Below are positions 15,913 through 26,169 of a stretch of 64,000 bases of DNA, in pieces. The notes under the pieces were generated by a model. That model was given only the letters and a program-made list of their open reading frames with translations, had not been told where the DNA came from and did no database searches. Location: positions 51,840-115,839 of IMG/VR virus record IMGVR_UViG_3300032219_002522; one strand, given 5' to 3'. This DNA comes from a virus. Its lineage: Duplodnaviria; Caudoviricetes. Position 1 is the first letter of the stretch, and each line of letters opens with the position of its first letter. The position numbers and the translations under genes are program-made.

Positions 15913-16755
15913 ATGTTGATACATCTAAAAGACTTCAAGAGCTTCTCTTTATTTGAAAATATGAAGGTGGAAAAAATAGAACCCGCCGCATATAAGATGG
16001 AAACTGTTACAGAATTACCCTATATGAGCTATATAGAAGAAAATCGTAACAATTTTTTAAAAAAATTAATCAAAATATCAGAGGAGCTTGGCATAAAGCC
16101 ACAATGGCTATTACACACTATATTTCACGAAAGTAGATTCGATCCAAAATATAAAGACGAAATGTCGGGACAAGTTGGATTATTATCATTTCTACCATCA
16201 GTTTTAAAAAATTTTATAAATCCTGACACGGGTAAAAATTACAGTCCAAACGATGTATTGGAGATGAGTAATGTTGATCAGTTGGATTTAGTTAGAGCTT
16301 TCTATAAAACATGGCTTAGTGAAATGAATCTTAAGGGTGAAATATCACCGGGTGATTTTGCATCTATAACTTTTTATCCTGAAGCTATTAGGAAAGATTG
16401 GAAATGGGAATTTCCTTCTTATATTGTAGATACTAACGTCGAGACTTTTAAAAAATTCCCATCTGGATCTGGTAAATCTAAAAAGAATTACTATGAGTAC
16501 ATAGATCAAGTATTTAATAGCGACGAGGAGCAAGACGATAATAACAACTATATACTAGGAAACTTTAGTGGTGCTTTCGCTGATCCTCAATCATATAGAG
16601 AAAAAAAGCCATTAGAATATTATAGAGGAGTTCTTGATTCAATAGAAGATCTCAGTTTAAATCAAGAAATACAACAACAGGATCTAGCAAACACGGAAAA
16701 ACATAAACAGGTTAATGCTAACACTGTACCTTTAGGAATAAATGTAGTAAAATGA
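15913..16755 (+). CDS. Lysozyme/SLT-like transglycosylase domain protein
   Basis: IFHESRFDP, GQVGLLSFLP and MSNVDQLDLVRAFY motifs. Confidence 0.65.
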   Translation: MLIHLKDFKSFSLFENMKVEKIEPAAYKMETVTELPYMSYIEENRNNFLKKLIKISEELGIKPQWLLHTIFHESRFDPKYKDEMSGQVGLLSFLPSVLKNFINPDTGKNYSPNDVLEMSNVDQLDLVRAFYKTWLSEMNLKGEISPGDFASITFYPEAIRKDWKWEFPSYIVDTNVETFKKFPSGSGKSKKNYYEYIDQVFNSDEEQDDNNNYILGNFSGAFADPQSYREKKPLEYYRGVLDSIEDLSLNQEIQQQDLANTEKHKQVNANTVPLGINVVK

Positions 16756-17033
16756 AACTAAAAAGAATAAAAGAATTCTCAGTAAAAGAAAATCTAGAAT
16801 ATAGTGGCGAGGATGTAACAAAAATGCCAATAATAGGAAAGGTTATTACTCATCCTATTGGACCTTTTGATGAAGGAGAATATGATATAGTAGAAATAAT
16901 AGATGCTCCAGACGATAAAGATATCTATGTCTGTAATAAATGGTATAAAGAATATAAAAGAATACCACAGATTATACATTCAGATCTGGTAAAAGAATAT
17001 ATTCCTGTTGAAAAATTCGGGAACTTTTATTAA
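16752..17033 (+). CDS. Hypothetical protein
   Basis: ORF track; overlaps the upstream stop. Confidence 0.7.
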   Translation: MKLKRIKEFSVKENLEYSGEDVTKMPIIGKVITHPIGPFDEGEYDIVEIIDAPDDKDIYVCNKWYKEYKRIPQIIHSDLVKEYIPVEKFGNFY

Positions 17034-17142
17034 TAAGGTTATATAATAATAGAACTAGAGGTTTCTAGTCACTTCCCGGTCAACAAGCCGTAGAGTTTTC
17101 AGAAATGGAAGCAAAGGAAGGGGCCAAAATAAAATAATCTTT

Positions 17143-17901
17143 ATGTATTATTCAACGCCAAGCGTGATGTCGGCATGTACTGCTCACATTACAAAAAACA
17201 GAAATAGATCTAAGATCTATGAGAATTCCGTCTATTTAAAAGACGGTGAAAATTTCGAGATTGAATTATTCAATCCAACAACGTCAAGGGTACTTGCAAA
17301 AATCACTATCAACGGTAATAGTATTTCTAATTCAGGAATTGTTCTAAAGCCGGGAGAAAGAGTTTATCTGGAAAGATTTATTGATTCAAATAACAAATTT
17401 GTTTTTGAAACATATCAAGTCGAAGGGTCAAAAGAAGCTTTAAATGCCATCAGAAATAATGGTATTGTTGAGGTTTCTTTTTATACCGAGATTACTACAT
17501 CCACTTACACATCAAATCCTGGATCTTTTACAATTGGAAATAATAGTGGATACGTACCAGGTACATTGTATGATACTTATAATGCTCCATTTGGAGGTAC
17601 TACAGTAAATCATCTTTTTACAACTACAAGTTTTACTAATGATTCATTAGGTGTTAATGCTAACGTATCAAAAAGTGTTGAGACTGGTAGAATAGAAAAA
17701 GGAGATTCTAGTAATCAATTATTTGAAACCGTGAATGGAAATTTTAGTAACTTTTCTACAAGTTCCGTTTCGATTAAATTACTTCCTGAATCGCAAAAAC
17801 CAGTTGAGGTTTCTTCAATTAGGAATTATTGTACAAATTGCGGAACAAGAATGAAAAAACAATCTTGGAAATTCTGTCCAAGTTGTGGATCTAAAATCTA
17901 A
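17143..17901 (+). CDS. Hypothetical protein with C-terminal zinc ribbon
   Basis: CTNCG...FCPSCG at the C-terminus. Confidence 0.8.
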   Translation: MYYSTPSVMSACTAHITKNRNRSKIYENSVYLKDGENFEIELFNPTTSRVLAKITINGNSISNSGIVLKPGERVYLERFIDSNNKFVFETYQVEGSKEALNAIRNNGIVEVSFYTEITTSTYTSNPGSFTIGNNSGYVPGTLYDTYNAPFGGTTVNHLFTTTSFTNDSLGVNANVSKSVETGRIEKGDSSNQLFETVNGNFSNFSTSSVSIKLLPESQKPVEVSSIRNYCTNCGTRMKKQSWKFCPSCGSKI

Positions 17902-17916
17902 ACCCTACTACACAAA

Positions 17917-17947
17917 AAACCCAGGAGAAATCCTGGGTTTGTAGTTT
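17917..17947. terminator. Bidirectional terminator between convergent genes
   Basis: AAACCCAGGA-GAAA-TCCTGGGTTT. Confidence 0.8.
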
Positions 17948-18748
17948 TTATAGATATCTTTCCCAATCCTGAGCCATCTCAGCTTGAGAGATTTCTGAGT
18001 CTGTGTAAGGTCTTATATTTTTTAATGGGGTTCCTTGATAAGCCATATAAGCATCTTTAGGAACTGGTATTTGATATTCAGGAGAAACGTTTGCAGATCC
18101 TCCATAACCTGCTGTTGTAGGAGTAGTAGATATTTTTGGTGCATCTTTTGGACCAAATATCCAATTATAAGCTTTATATCCTGTTTTTAGTTCGGATGTT
18201 GTTGATCTTAAAGATTTAATCTTAGCGGTATCGGATGCTAAAGCTGTTAATTTTGCACCTCCACCCATGACGAAGTTTTTAAGAGATCCTATAATTTTAC
18301 CTACGAAAGGACCTATCCCAGAAAATTTAGTCATAAACTTAGAGCTCTTTAAGAAAGCTGTTATCTTAGGAAAAAATTTAGCTACTAAATTAATTAGTGG
18401 TTTAAGTATAGTAGATCCTAAGGCTTTACCTTTTCCCAACGCTTTAACTAGAAGTGATCCTCCAGCTCCTATGTATTGTCCAAAAATAGGTATTAGTCCA
18501 ATAGCACATAAGCCAGCTAATAAGTATTCTCCTTGTTTAGCATAAGAAACTAGATTTATACCTTCTGCTACAGATCCAACCCCTGGTATAAGGGCAGCAA
18601 AGTCTAACACAGTATTGTACCATGCTTCCATTATAGCAGGATCATCACTTTCCAAATAATTTAAAGATTCTTTAATCTGGTCTTCAGAAAAAAAGTTAAT
18701 TGGAGCACTCTCGAATAAATAATTTTCTATAGAAAGAATGTTATTCAT
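17948..18748 (-). CDS. Protein with pre-toxin TG (PT-TG)-like hydrophobic domain
   Basis: LDFAALIPGVGSVAEGINLVSYAKQGEYLLAGLCAIGLIPIFG; late motif at 18761-18768 on the minus strand. Confidence 0.65.
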   Translation of the reverse strand: MNNILSIENYLFESAPINFFSEDQIKESLNYLESDDPAIMEAWYNTVLDFAALIPGVGSVAEGINLVSYAKQGEYLLAGLCAIGLIPIFGQYIGAGGSLLVKALGKGKALGSTILKPLINLVAKFFPKITAFLKSSKFMTKFSGIGPFVGKIIGSLKNFVMGGGAKLTALASDTAKIKSLRSTTSELKTGYKAYNWIFGPKDAPKISTTPTTAGYGGSANVSPEYQIPVPKDAYMAYQGTPLKNIRPYTDSEISQAEMAQDWERYL

Positions 18749-18808
18749 ATTTTTTTATTCTATATATCCTTCTATGAAATTTTTAATTAGTACATTCGTA
18801 TAAGTATC

Positions 18809-19156
18809 ATGCTTTACAGATCTAATAAAATTTATGTAGATGATTCGCCTGTTCATGGGAGGGGTGTTTTTGCTTCCGAAGCAATAAAGAGCGGAGAGAT
18901 ATTAGAGGAGTGTCATTACATAAAAGTACCAGAGGATATAGGATATCCCGAAATATTAAAAGAGCACTTCTTTAGTTGGCCAAAAGGAGAAAGCGGATTA
19001 GCCATATGCTTAGGATATGGAAGCATATTTAATCATTCAGATAATGAAAGTAATGCAGACTGGCAAACAGATACATTAAAGAATAAAATAATTTTCTTTA
19101 CAACAAGGAATATAGAAGCGGGCGAAGAAATATTTACAAATTATCAAAAATATTAA
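18809..19156 (+). CDS. SET-domain protein-lysine methyltransferase
   Basis: SPVHGRGVFA, GSIFNHS, RNIEAGEEIFTNY. Confidence 0.9.
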   Translation: MLYRSNKIYVDDSPVHGRGVFASEAIKSGEILEECHYIKVPEDIGYPEILKEHFFSWPKGESGLAICLGYGSIFNHSDNESNADWQTDTLKNKIIFFTTRNIEAGEEIFTNYQKY

Positions 19157-19222
19157 CAGAATCATTTTTTAAAAAGGGGGCTTTACTCTACATTTGGTAT
19201 ATAAAAATAAAACAAAAACAAA

Positions 19223-19480
19223 ATGGAACCAGAAGAAATAAACAAGCATTTAAATTTCGAAGAAGAGATTGATAAAATGTATGATCAGCAATCCAGAAAA
19301 TTGTATTCTTATATTGAAAGAGAGGGTGAAAAAGCATTCGAAAAAGAAAGCCCCTTGTACAAATTCTTAGAAAGTGATCTTTTCGAAAGACTGATTTCAC
19401 ACTTCGAATCTACTGAGGAATATGAAAAATGTGCTTACATTTTAAAATTATCTCAGAATGTAAAAGATAAGATCTCTTAA
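19223..19480 (+). CDS. Hypothetical protein (EEYEKCA UVR-like C-terminal motif)
   Basis: ORF track; TACATTTG promoter at 19189-19196. Confidence 0.7.
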   Translation: MEPEEINKHLNFEEEIDKMYDQQSRKLYSYIEREGEKAFEKESPLYKFLESDLFERLISHFESTEEYEKCAYILKLSQNVKDKIS

Positions 19481-19518
19481 AATTGAAACTTTATTCTGAT
19501 TTTCCATATAATTAATAT

Positions 19519-19776
19519 ATGGGAAAAGGAAAAAGATATATCAAAAAATCTGCTGATGGCAGATTTTTTTTGCATATAAAGGCACCTGAGTACTCTATAG
19601 ATCCAGAAAAGAAAAGTAAATTGTGGCTTTCTTCGCCATATCTTTTAGAGGAGTCATTAAAACAGGACCCTAAAAATACAGAACAAACACTTGACTTCCT
19701 AATAAAGTGGAACGAAATAAATCAAAATTTCGAAACTTGTTCAAAGCTCCTTCATTTAAAAAATAGCATAGAATAA
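19519..19776 (+). CDS. Hypothetical protein
   Basis: ORF track; C-terminal QNFETCSKL resembles the upstream gene. Confidence 0.65.
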   Translation: MGKGKRYIKKSADGRFFLHIKAPEYSIDPEKKSKLWLSSPYLLEESLKQDPKNTEQTLDFLIKWNEINQNFETCSKLLHLKNSIE

Positions 19777-19849
19777 TATATTCCTGAGATTTTCGAATCA
19801 AAACAAAAAATCATAGTATAATATTTATATGTAATTAAAAATTGGTATT

Positions 19850-20155
19850 ATGAGTATTTTTTTTGATAGTGAGGGTCTTAATTTAGGTAGAATGATTTCT
19901 CATTCTAAATCAGGATATATGGATAAATTTCCAGGTAACGAAGTTTATTTTAATTCAAACATTTTTGTTTTAGGAGAGGGTAAAATTTGGTATGGCGATA
20001 TCGACGTAACAAAAGAAAGAGACAAATTAGAAAATATAGCAAAAGAAATTGGTAAAGATCTATACATCCTAAGAGAGATGGAAGGAAGATTCGGAAATGA
20101 AAATCTTGAAGATTCTGAAATTATCAAGAGATGTATATGTAAAATAAGTAAATAA
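19850..20155 (+). CDS. Hypothetical protein
   Basis: ORF track. Confidence 0.7.
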   Translation: MSIFFDSEGLNLGRMISHSKSGYMDKFPGNEVYFNSNIFVLGEGKIWYGDIDVTKERDKLENIAKEIGKDLYILREMEGRFGNENLEDSEIIKRCICKISK

Positions 20156-20166
20156 GAAAAATAAAG

Positions 20167-21339
20167 ATGGCAAAAAAAGAATTTTCATTCGCAGAATTAG
20201 ACAAAGCCCTATCGAAGATTGATGGGTTTGAAATGGGATCAATTTTAGAAAATAATGATTTCTCCGAAGTCGGAGATTGGATTCCTACAGGTAACTATTT
20301 ATTGAACGCACAATTATCAGGTACTTTATTTGGTGGTATTGCAAACAATAGATCAATAGGTATTGCAGGAGATCCACAAACTGGTAAATCTTTCTTATGT
20401 ATGAATATTGTAAGGGAGTCACAGAAAAAAGGATACAACGTAATTTATTGCGATACAGAAGGTGCTATTGATAAAACAGGAGCAAAAAAATTCGGTATCG
20501 ATACTAATACAGTACGTTACCAACCAATCAAGACAATTTCAGACTTTAAAGTATTTGTTGCCAACCTGGTAGATAAAGTTAAAGCATACAGAAAAGAAGG
20601 AGCAGATCCTAAAATTGCTATCATTCTCGATTCACTAGGTATGTTATCAACAGATAAAGAAACTGGTGATGCTTTAAAAGGTAAAAGCGTAATGGATATG
20701 GGTATTAGATCTAAAGAATTAAGATCTTTATTCAGGGTTATTACATTAGATCTTACTGCAGTTAAGATCCCTTTAATTTGTACTAATCACACTACTACAG
20801 GTAACATTGGGGGTTTTATGCCAACAAAAGAAGCTGCTGGTGGTGATGGACCTATCTTCTCAATGAGTAACGTTATTATGCTTTCTAAAGCTCAGTTAAA
20901 AGAAGGAAGCGATAACACAAGAACCGGTATTGTTGTTACATCTACGCCAAAGAAAGCAAGATTTACTAGGCCTTACCCAGTTAAATTTCATATTTCATTT
21001 ATGAATGGTATGAATGCTTATGTTGGATTACAAGATTTCGTTTCTTGGGACATTTGTGGTATCGAAAGAGGAAAACTTGAAGTAGATAAGAAAACAGGCG
21101 AAATGGAATTTACTCCTAATGCTTCGTCAACTCGTTGGGCAATTAAGCACTTAGGAAAAACTGTTACTTCTTCTCAGCTATTCTCCTCTGAAATATTTAC
21201 GGATGAAGTATTACATATGATTGACGATAAAGCAATTAAACCACATTTCTTATTGCCAGATCTTTTCGATGACAATGAATTAGCAATCTTAGCTAATCCA
21301 GAGAGTGAAGAAGAAATAGAAGAAAATGGAGAAGAGTAA
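20167..21339 (+). CDS. uvsX: RecA-like recombinase UvsX
   Basis: IPTGNYLLN, Walker A GDPQTGKS, YCDTEGA, ILDSLGML, GGDG. Confidence 0.93.
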   Translation: MAKKEFSFAELDKALSKIDGFEMGSILENNDFSEVGDWIPTGNYLLNAQLSGTLFGGIANNRSIGIAGDPQTGKSFLCMNIVRESQKKGYNVIYCDTEGAIDKTGAKKFGIDTNTVRYQPIKTISDFKVFVANLVDKVKAYRKEGADPKIAIILDSLGMLSTDKETGDALKGKSVMDMGIRSKELRSLFRVITLDLTAVKIPLICTNHTTTGNIGGFMPTKEAAGGDGPIFSMSNVIMLSKAQLKEGSDNTRTGIVVTSTPKKARFTRPYPVKFHISFMNGMNAYVGLQDFVSWDICGIERGKLEVDKKTGEMEFTPNASSTRWAIKHLGKTVTSSQLFSSEIFTDEVLHMIDDKAIKPHFLLPDLFDDNELAILANPESEEEIEENGEE

Positions 21340-21619
21340 ACTTAAAATGAAATATCTCCTGGGTATATGGAAGGATCTCCCAGAATATCCAACTAAGGAA
21401 GATATAATCTACGAATTAAATTCTTACCTAGTTAGGGACGGTAGACCAGATGGTGATTTTTCTAAACAGACATTTAATTCATTCTTAAATCCTGGATGGG
21501 AGAAAACTAATCACGGAAAAATGGTAAAAGAATTAATAGAGAGCGAGATTTTTGAAAAAACTGAAAAAAGTATAGGGAATAAAAATTGGTATAAAATAAA
21601 GGACAATCCACATTATTAG
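21326..21619 (+). CDS. Hypothetical protein
   Basis: ORF track; coupled within the operon. Confidence 0.7.
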   Translation: MEKSKLKMKYLLGIWKDLPEYPTKEDIIYELNSYLVRDGRPDGDFSKQTFNSFLNPGWEKTNHGKMVKELIESEIFEKTEKSIGNKNWYKIKDNPHY

Positions 21620-21622
21620 AAA

Positions 21623-22924
21623 ATGCAGAATCAACACTTAGAAAATATTTGGTTTAGAGCTGTTATAGATAATCCGGCTTATATAGATGCTACAGATGTT
21701 AGTTTTTTTAAAAACACAGACTATCAGGAAGCATTCAAAGTTATAAAATCTTTTTGGAAAAAATATCAACAGATACCTAGTAAAATTCAAGTAAGAGAAT
21801 CAGCAAAGCTTTTAAAGATAGACGATAAACTAACGGATTCTTTATTAGATTCAATGTGGTTAATAAATCTAGAAGATTACGATAGTGAATGGCTTCAGCA
21901 AAATGTAGAATCCTGGGTTGAATGGAAAACCCTAGAAAAAAGTGCTGTTGATTCAATAAATTATATAAGGAGTACTGAAGTAACCCCTGATAATATCAAG
22001 GACGTAATTAATACCTATAAATCAATAGTAGTCGACAGGAATAAGGTCGACTTTTCTTTTGATATGGGTCTTAACTTCAGGGATCCTGAATCACACAAGC
22101 AGCCTTCTAACCTAACATTCTCTAGTGGATATGATTATATCGATTTCTGTTTAGGCGGAGGATTTTCAGCAAAAGGTCTATATGTTTTATTAGGACAACC
22201 TAAAGTTGGTAAAACATTATGGCTAGGAAACATAGCAACTCAAGCTATCCGTGCATCTAATAATGTTGCTATTATTACATTAGAGCTTGGCGATAGTAAA
22301 TACATGAAAAGGCTTGGATCAAATCTTTTAGGCATTAGAATGTCCGAATATAAAGAGACTGCTGAAAATGATGCGCTCATAAAAAAGAAAATCACCAATT
22401 TAGCTTTTGAAAATTTAAGAACTCCAGGAGAATTAGTAGTTAAAGAATTTCCCACATCTCAAGCTTCTGCAATAGATGTTGAAAATTGGCTAACAAAGGT
22501 TGAACAGATAATGGGAATAAAATTTAAAATAGTTATTATCGACTATATTAACATCATGAAGAACTGGAGAAATCCAAATTCAGAAAATACATATATGAAG
22601 ATCAAGCAAATCGCAGAGGATTTAAGAGCTGCAGCACAAAGAAACCATTGGGCTATTGTTACTGCAACTCAAACAAAACAAAGCGAATTCGATGCTACAG
22701 ATCTAAGTATGAACTCAGCATCTGAATCATCGGGATTAGTTGCTACAGTTGATGGGATGTTTGGTATTATTCAAGATCCTATGATGTACACAAATAATGA
22801 ATACAAGCTAAAGTTATTAGCAAATAGGGACGAGGGATATAAAAATTCCTACAAGAAATTTATTGTTGACTACAATCACATGAGAATTTCGGAGGATCCC
22901 AATTCTCAAATAATGAATGATTAA
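21623..22924 (+). CDS. Replicative DnaB-like helicase (T4 gp41-like)
   Basis: GQPKVGKT, ITLEL, VKEFPT, IIDYINIM, TATQT, SES. Confidence 0.92.
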   Translation: MQNQHLENIWFRAVIDNPAYIDATDVSFFKNTDYQEAFKVIKSFWKKYQQIPSKIQVRESAKLLKIDDKLTDSLLDSMWLINLEDYDSEWLQQNVESWVEWKTLEKSAVDSINYIRSTEVTPDNIKDVINTYKSIVVDRNKVDFSFDMGLNFRDPESHKQPSNLTFSSGYDYIDFCLGGGFSAKGLYVLLGQPKVGKTLWLGNIATQAIRASNNVAIITLELGDSKYMKRLGSNLLGIRMSEYKETAENDALIKKKITNLAFENLRTPGELVVKEFPTSQASAIDVENWLTKVEQIMGIKFKIVIIDYINIMKNWRNPNSENTYMKIKQIAEDLRAAAQRNHWAIVTATQTKQSEFDATDLSMNSASESSGLVATVDGMFGIIQDPMMYTNNEYKLKLLANRDEGYKNSYKKFIVDYNHMRISEDPNSQIMND

Positions 22925-23397
22925 TGAAAAAACAAAAAAAGCTAATCGAAGATGAAAAAGATGACCTTAACATAGAGGGAGAATCAGAGGATTCGAAAAA
23001 GAATGATGTCGAGGATGAGGAATTTGAGATTGATTCATCTTTAGACTACAGAAACTTACAATCTGTTGTTACTTATGAGGATGAGGATTACATATATTCT
23101 TGTAATTTAAACGATAAGATAGATGAGATATTTCAAGAATCCAGATGGACAGTAATAAGTCCTAGTAAAAAAATACCAAAGGATCTTATCCCTCTAATTT
23201 TTCAAGATATACTAAAAGAGTTAGAAAATACTGAATTCAGTATGGTAGAAAAATTTGTCGCTATTTGTGACTATACAGCGATAAATTACCAGAAAGCCTA
23301 TGAATCTATTCATATGAAATATAAAGAGCTTATAGTGCAAGAAATGGACCAAAAATACGGTATTTTAGGTAAGAAAGGAATCAAAAAGATATTTTAA
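22924..23397 (+). CDS. Acidic hypothetical protein, possibly gp33-like late-transcription coactivator
   Basis: Acidic N-terminus; helical C-terminal domain only loosely similar to gp33. Confidence 0.4.
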   Translation: MKKQKKLIEDEKDDLNIEGESEDSKKNDVEDEEFEIDSSLDYRNLQSVVTYEDEDYIYSCNLNDKIDEIFQESRWTVISPSKKIPKDLIPLIFQDILKELENTEFSMVEKFVAICDYTAINYQKAYESIHMKYKELIVQEMDQKYGILGKKGIKKIF

Positions 23398-24509
23398 TGG
23401 AGAAATTTCCCAATATTAAAAGAATAATATTTATTACTGATACACATCTAGGGGTTAGAAATAATTCTAATGATTGGATTGAGATACATGAAAATTATTT
23501 TAAGAACTGGTTTATACCTTTATGCAAGAAGATTTATAAACCAGGGGATTGTCTTGTACACCTAGGAGATGTATATGATAGCAGACAATCATTAAATCTT
23601 AGAGTTCTTAATTTAGGAATAGAAATATTCGAGGAACTATCCGGTATTTTTAAGGATGGTATTTTTATAATATGTGGTAACCACGACATATACGGAAAAA
23701 ATACCAACGAGGTAAACTCACTAAAATCTTTAAAATGGATTCCTAGAATAAAAATATACGAAGAGCCAGAATCTATAATAATGGGAGACAGAAAAGTTTT
23801 TCTTATGCCATGGAGAAAAGACCATGAGGCAGAAAGAGAGACTTTAAATAAAGTAAGCGAGGCTCACAATTATATGTTTTGCCATACAGACTTAAAGGGT
23901 TTAATGTTTAATAAGTTTGTTAGGATAGACGAAGGATTAGAATATACAGACATAGATAAATTCGAAAGGGTATATTCTGGTCATATACACTACTCACAAA
24001 CTTTTGGGAAAATGAGAATGTTAGGATCACCGTATCAACTTACAAGATCTGATACTGACAACCCAAAAGGAATAACTGTTTTAGATCTAGAGACTGGATA
24101 TGAGGATTACTACGATAATAACTACTCCCCTAAGTTTATAAGAATGACCTTCGATAAGGTTTTAAATTCTAATCCTGCAGAATTAAACCCTATATTCAAA
24201 AACAATTTTATAGATATACTTGTAGATCCGGAATTAGCTGTAAAAGCTCCATTAGGCCTGTTAACCGAGTATGTAAATCCTCCTCTTAAAATATCATTTA
24301 CTCCTATAACAAACCCAGACCAGGAAGTTATAGATGAAGGATTCCATGACCTAGAGGGAAAGAACTTTTCTATATTAGATCTTACCAGACTTTATTTAGA
24401 AAAGTGCAATTATGAGGACGAGAAAAAAACTAAAATATACAACGCAATAGAAAAACTGTTGAATAAAATATCTGTACAAGTTAAGGAAGATGAAGATCAA
24501 GAAGATTGA
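23397..24509 (+). CDS. Mre11/SbcD-like nuclease (T4 gp47-like)
   Basis: DTHLG, HLGDVYD, GNHD, SGHIH, GSPYQ. Confidence 0.92.
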   Translation: MEKFPNIKRIIFITDTHLGVRNNSNDWIEIHENYFKNWFIPLCKKIYKPGDCLVHLGDVYDSRQSLNLRVLNLGIEIFEELSGIFKDGIFIICGNHDIYGKNTNEVNSLKSLKWIPRIKIYEEPESIIMGDRKVFLMPWRKDHEAERETLNKVSEAHNYMFCHTDLKGLMFNKFVRIDEGLEYTDIDKFERVYSGHIHYSQTFGKMRMLGSPYQLTRSDTDNPKGITVLDLETGYEDYYDNNYSPKFIRMTFDKVLNSNPAELNPIFKNNFIDILVDPELAVKAPLGLLTEYVNPPLKISFTPITNPDQEVIDEGFHDLEGKNFSILDLTRLYLEKCNYEDEKKTKIYNAIEKLLNKISVQVKEDEDQED

Positions 24510-26157
24510 ATGGAGAAACGTTGCCTCTTATGGTAACAAAATCCAAAAATTAGAGTTGCCTGAAAAGTCAGGATTAATACAAGTAGTTGGTGAGAATGGG
24601 GTAGGAAAATCTACGATATCAGATGTGATTACTTTTGGTCTTTATGGAAAGTTAGAGGGTAAAAAATTAAAGGACATACCAAACCGATCCAATAAGAATT
24701 CCTGGATGAAGATATCCTTTGAACAGGATGGTAAAACTTATGAAGTGGAAAGAGGATTAGAGCCATCTCTTTTTCAATTGTCTATTGATGGAAGTATCTA
24801 TGACCAAGCAGGAAAAAGCAATGTTCAGGATTACTTAAGTGACGATATTTTAAAAATCCCATACTACGTTTTTAATAACACAATATCCTTATCAATAAAC
24901 GACTTCAAGAGTTTTTTAAAAATGAGCACTGCAGACAAGAAGCTCATAATAGACAAGATATTTGGATTCTATATTTTAAACGAGATGAGGGATGTTCTAA
25001 AAGAAGAGAGCAAAAGTATAAAGTCATCTATCGATAGATTATCGGGAGAGATATTTGCTACTGGAAGATCTATAGCAGCTTCACAAAAAGAATTAGAAGA
25101 ACTACAACAGAAGATTATAGAAAATTCAGGAAATGAGATAGAAAAGACTGAGGACCAGTTAGAAAACTATAGGTCCCTTTTACAATTACATACAGATAGG
25201 ATTAAATCATTCAGAACTAAAGAAAATGAAGTAAACAAATCTGTAACGGCATCTTACGAGAAATATAGCGACTTAGTATCGAAAATGAAAGAACTAGATA
25301 CTAAAATAAACCTATACAATCAAGATAAGTGTCCAACCTGTTCTTCTGACCTATCCACCGAATTTCATAAATCCATATTTGATGATTTATGTAAGCTTAA
25401 GGAAAAGTATCAGGAGGATATAAAGATTTTAAAATCTAACTACGAGGATGCTAAAAAAGCACAAAATAAAATAACAGAAACAAAGAACGATCTTTTCTCT
25501 AAAGGAAGTAAAATTGAAACAGGTATTAAAACCCTGCAAAATAAAATAAAGGATCTTAAAACAGCTAAAAACAATGACGAAGCTAATTCTATAAGGAAGT
25601 TATTGTCACAAGCAAATGAAGATTTAACAGTTTTCAATCAAGAAAAATCATCATTCGAGGAAAAACAGGGATGGATAAAAACTTTAGATGAAGTTCTTAG
25701 TGAAAAGGGTGTAAAGCAATTAGCTATAAAATCAATACTGCCTTCATTAAACAATGAGATATTAAATACTCTTCTATCACTACACTTACCTTACAAAGTA
25801 GTTTTCAACGAGGAGTTCAATGCTCAGATATTTCATCTAGGTGAAGAAATATCTCCACAGACGCTTTCGACTGGGGAAATGAAAAAAGTAGATTTTGCTG
25901 TACTTATAGCAGTAATAAAACTAATGAAAATAAGATTCTCCTCCGTAAATATACTTTTCCTGGATGAAATATTTAGTTCTGTAGATCCTGACGGAGTTCA
26001 TAGCATACTTACTACATTGAGAAAACTATCGGATGATCTCAATATGAATATTTTTGTAATAAACCATGCTCCTATGCCTACCGAGATATTTGATTACAAA
26101 ATTGAAATATCTAAGAAGAATAATTTTTCAGATATTCTTTTTGAAAAACTGTCGTAG
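24490..26157 (+). CDS. Rad50/SbcC-like ATPase (T4 gp46-like)
   Basis: GENGVGKS, coiled coils, CPTC zinc hook, LSTGE, LFLDE. Confidence 0.93.
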   Translation: MKIKKIEWRNVASYGNKIQKLELPEKSGLIQVVGENGVGKSTISDVITFGLYGKLEGKKLKDIPNRSNKNSWMKISFEQDGKTYEVERGLEPSLFQLSIDGSIYDQAGKSNVQDYLSDDILKIPYYVFNNTISLSINDFKSFLKMSTADKKLIIDKIFGFYILNEMRDVLKEESKSIKSSIDRLSGEIFATGRSIAASQKELEELQQKIIENSGNEIEKTEDQLENYRSLLQLHTDRIKSFRTKENEVNKSVTASYEKYSDLVSKMKELDTKINLYNQDKCPTCSSDLSTEFHKSIFDDLCKLKEKYQEDIKILKSNYEDAKKAQNKITETKNDLFSKGSKIETGIKTLQNKIKDLKTAKNNDEANSIRKLLSQANEDLTVFNQEKSSFEEKQGWIKTLDEVLSEKGVKQLAIKSILPSLNNEILNTLLSLHLPYKVVFNEEFNAQIFHLGEEISPQTLSTGEMKKVDFAVLIAVIKLMKIRFSSVNILFLDEIFSSVDPDGVHSILTTLRKLSDDLNMNIFVINHAPMPTEIFDYKIEISKKNNFSDILFEKLS

Positions 26158-26169
26158 GATATATAAAAC

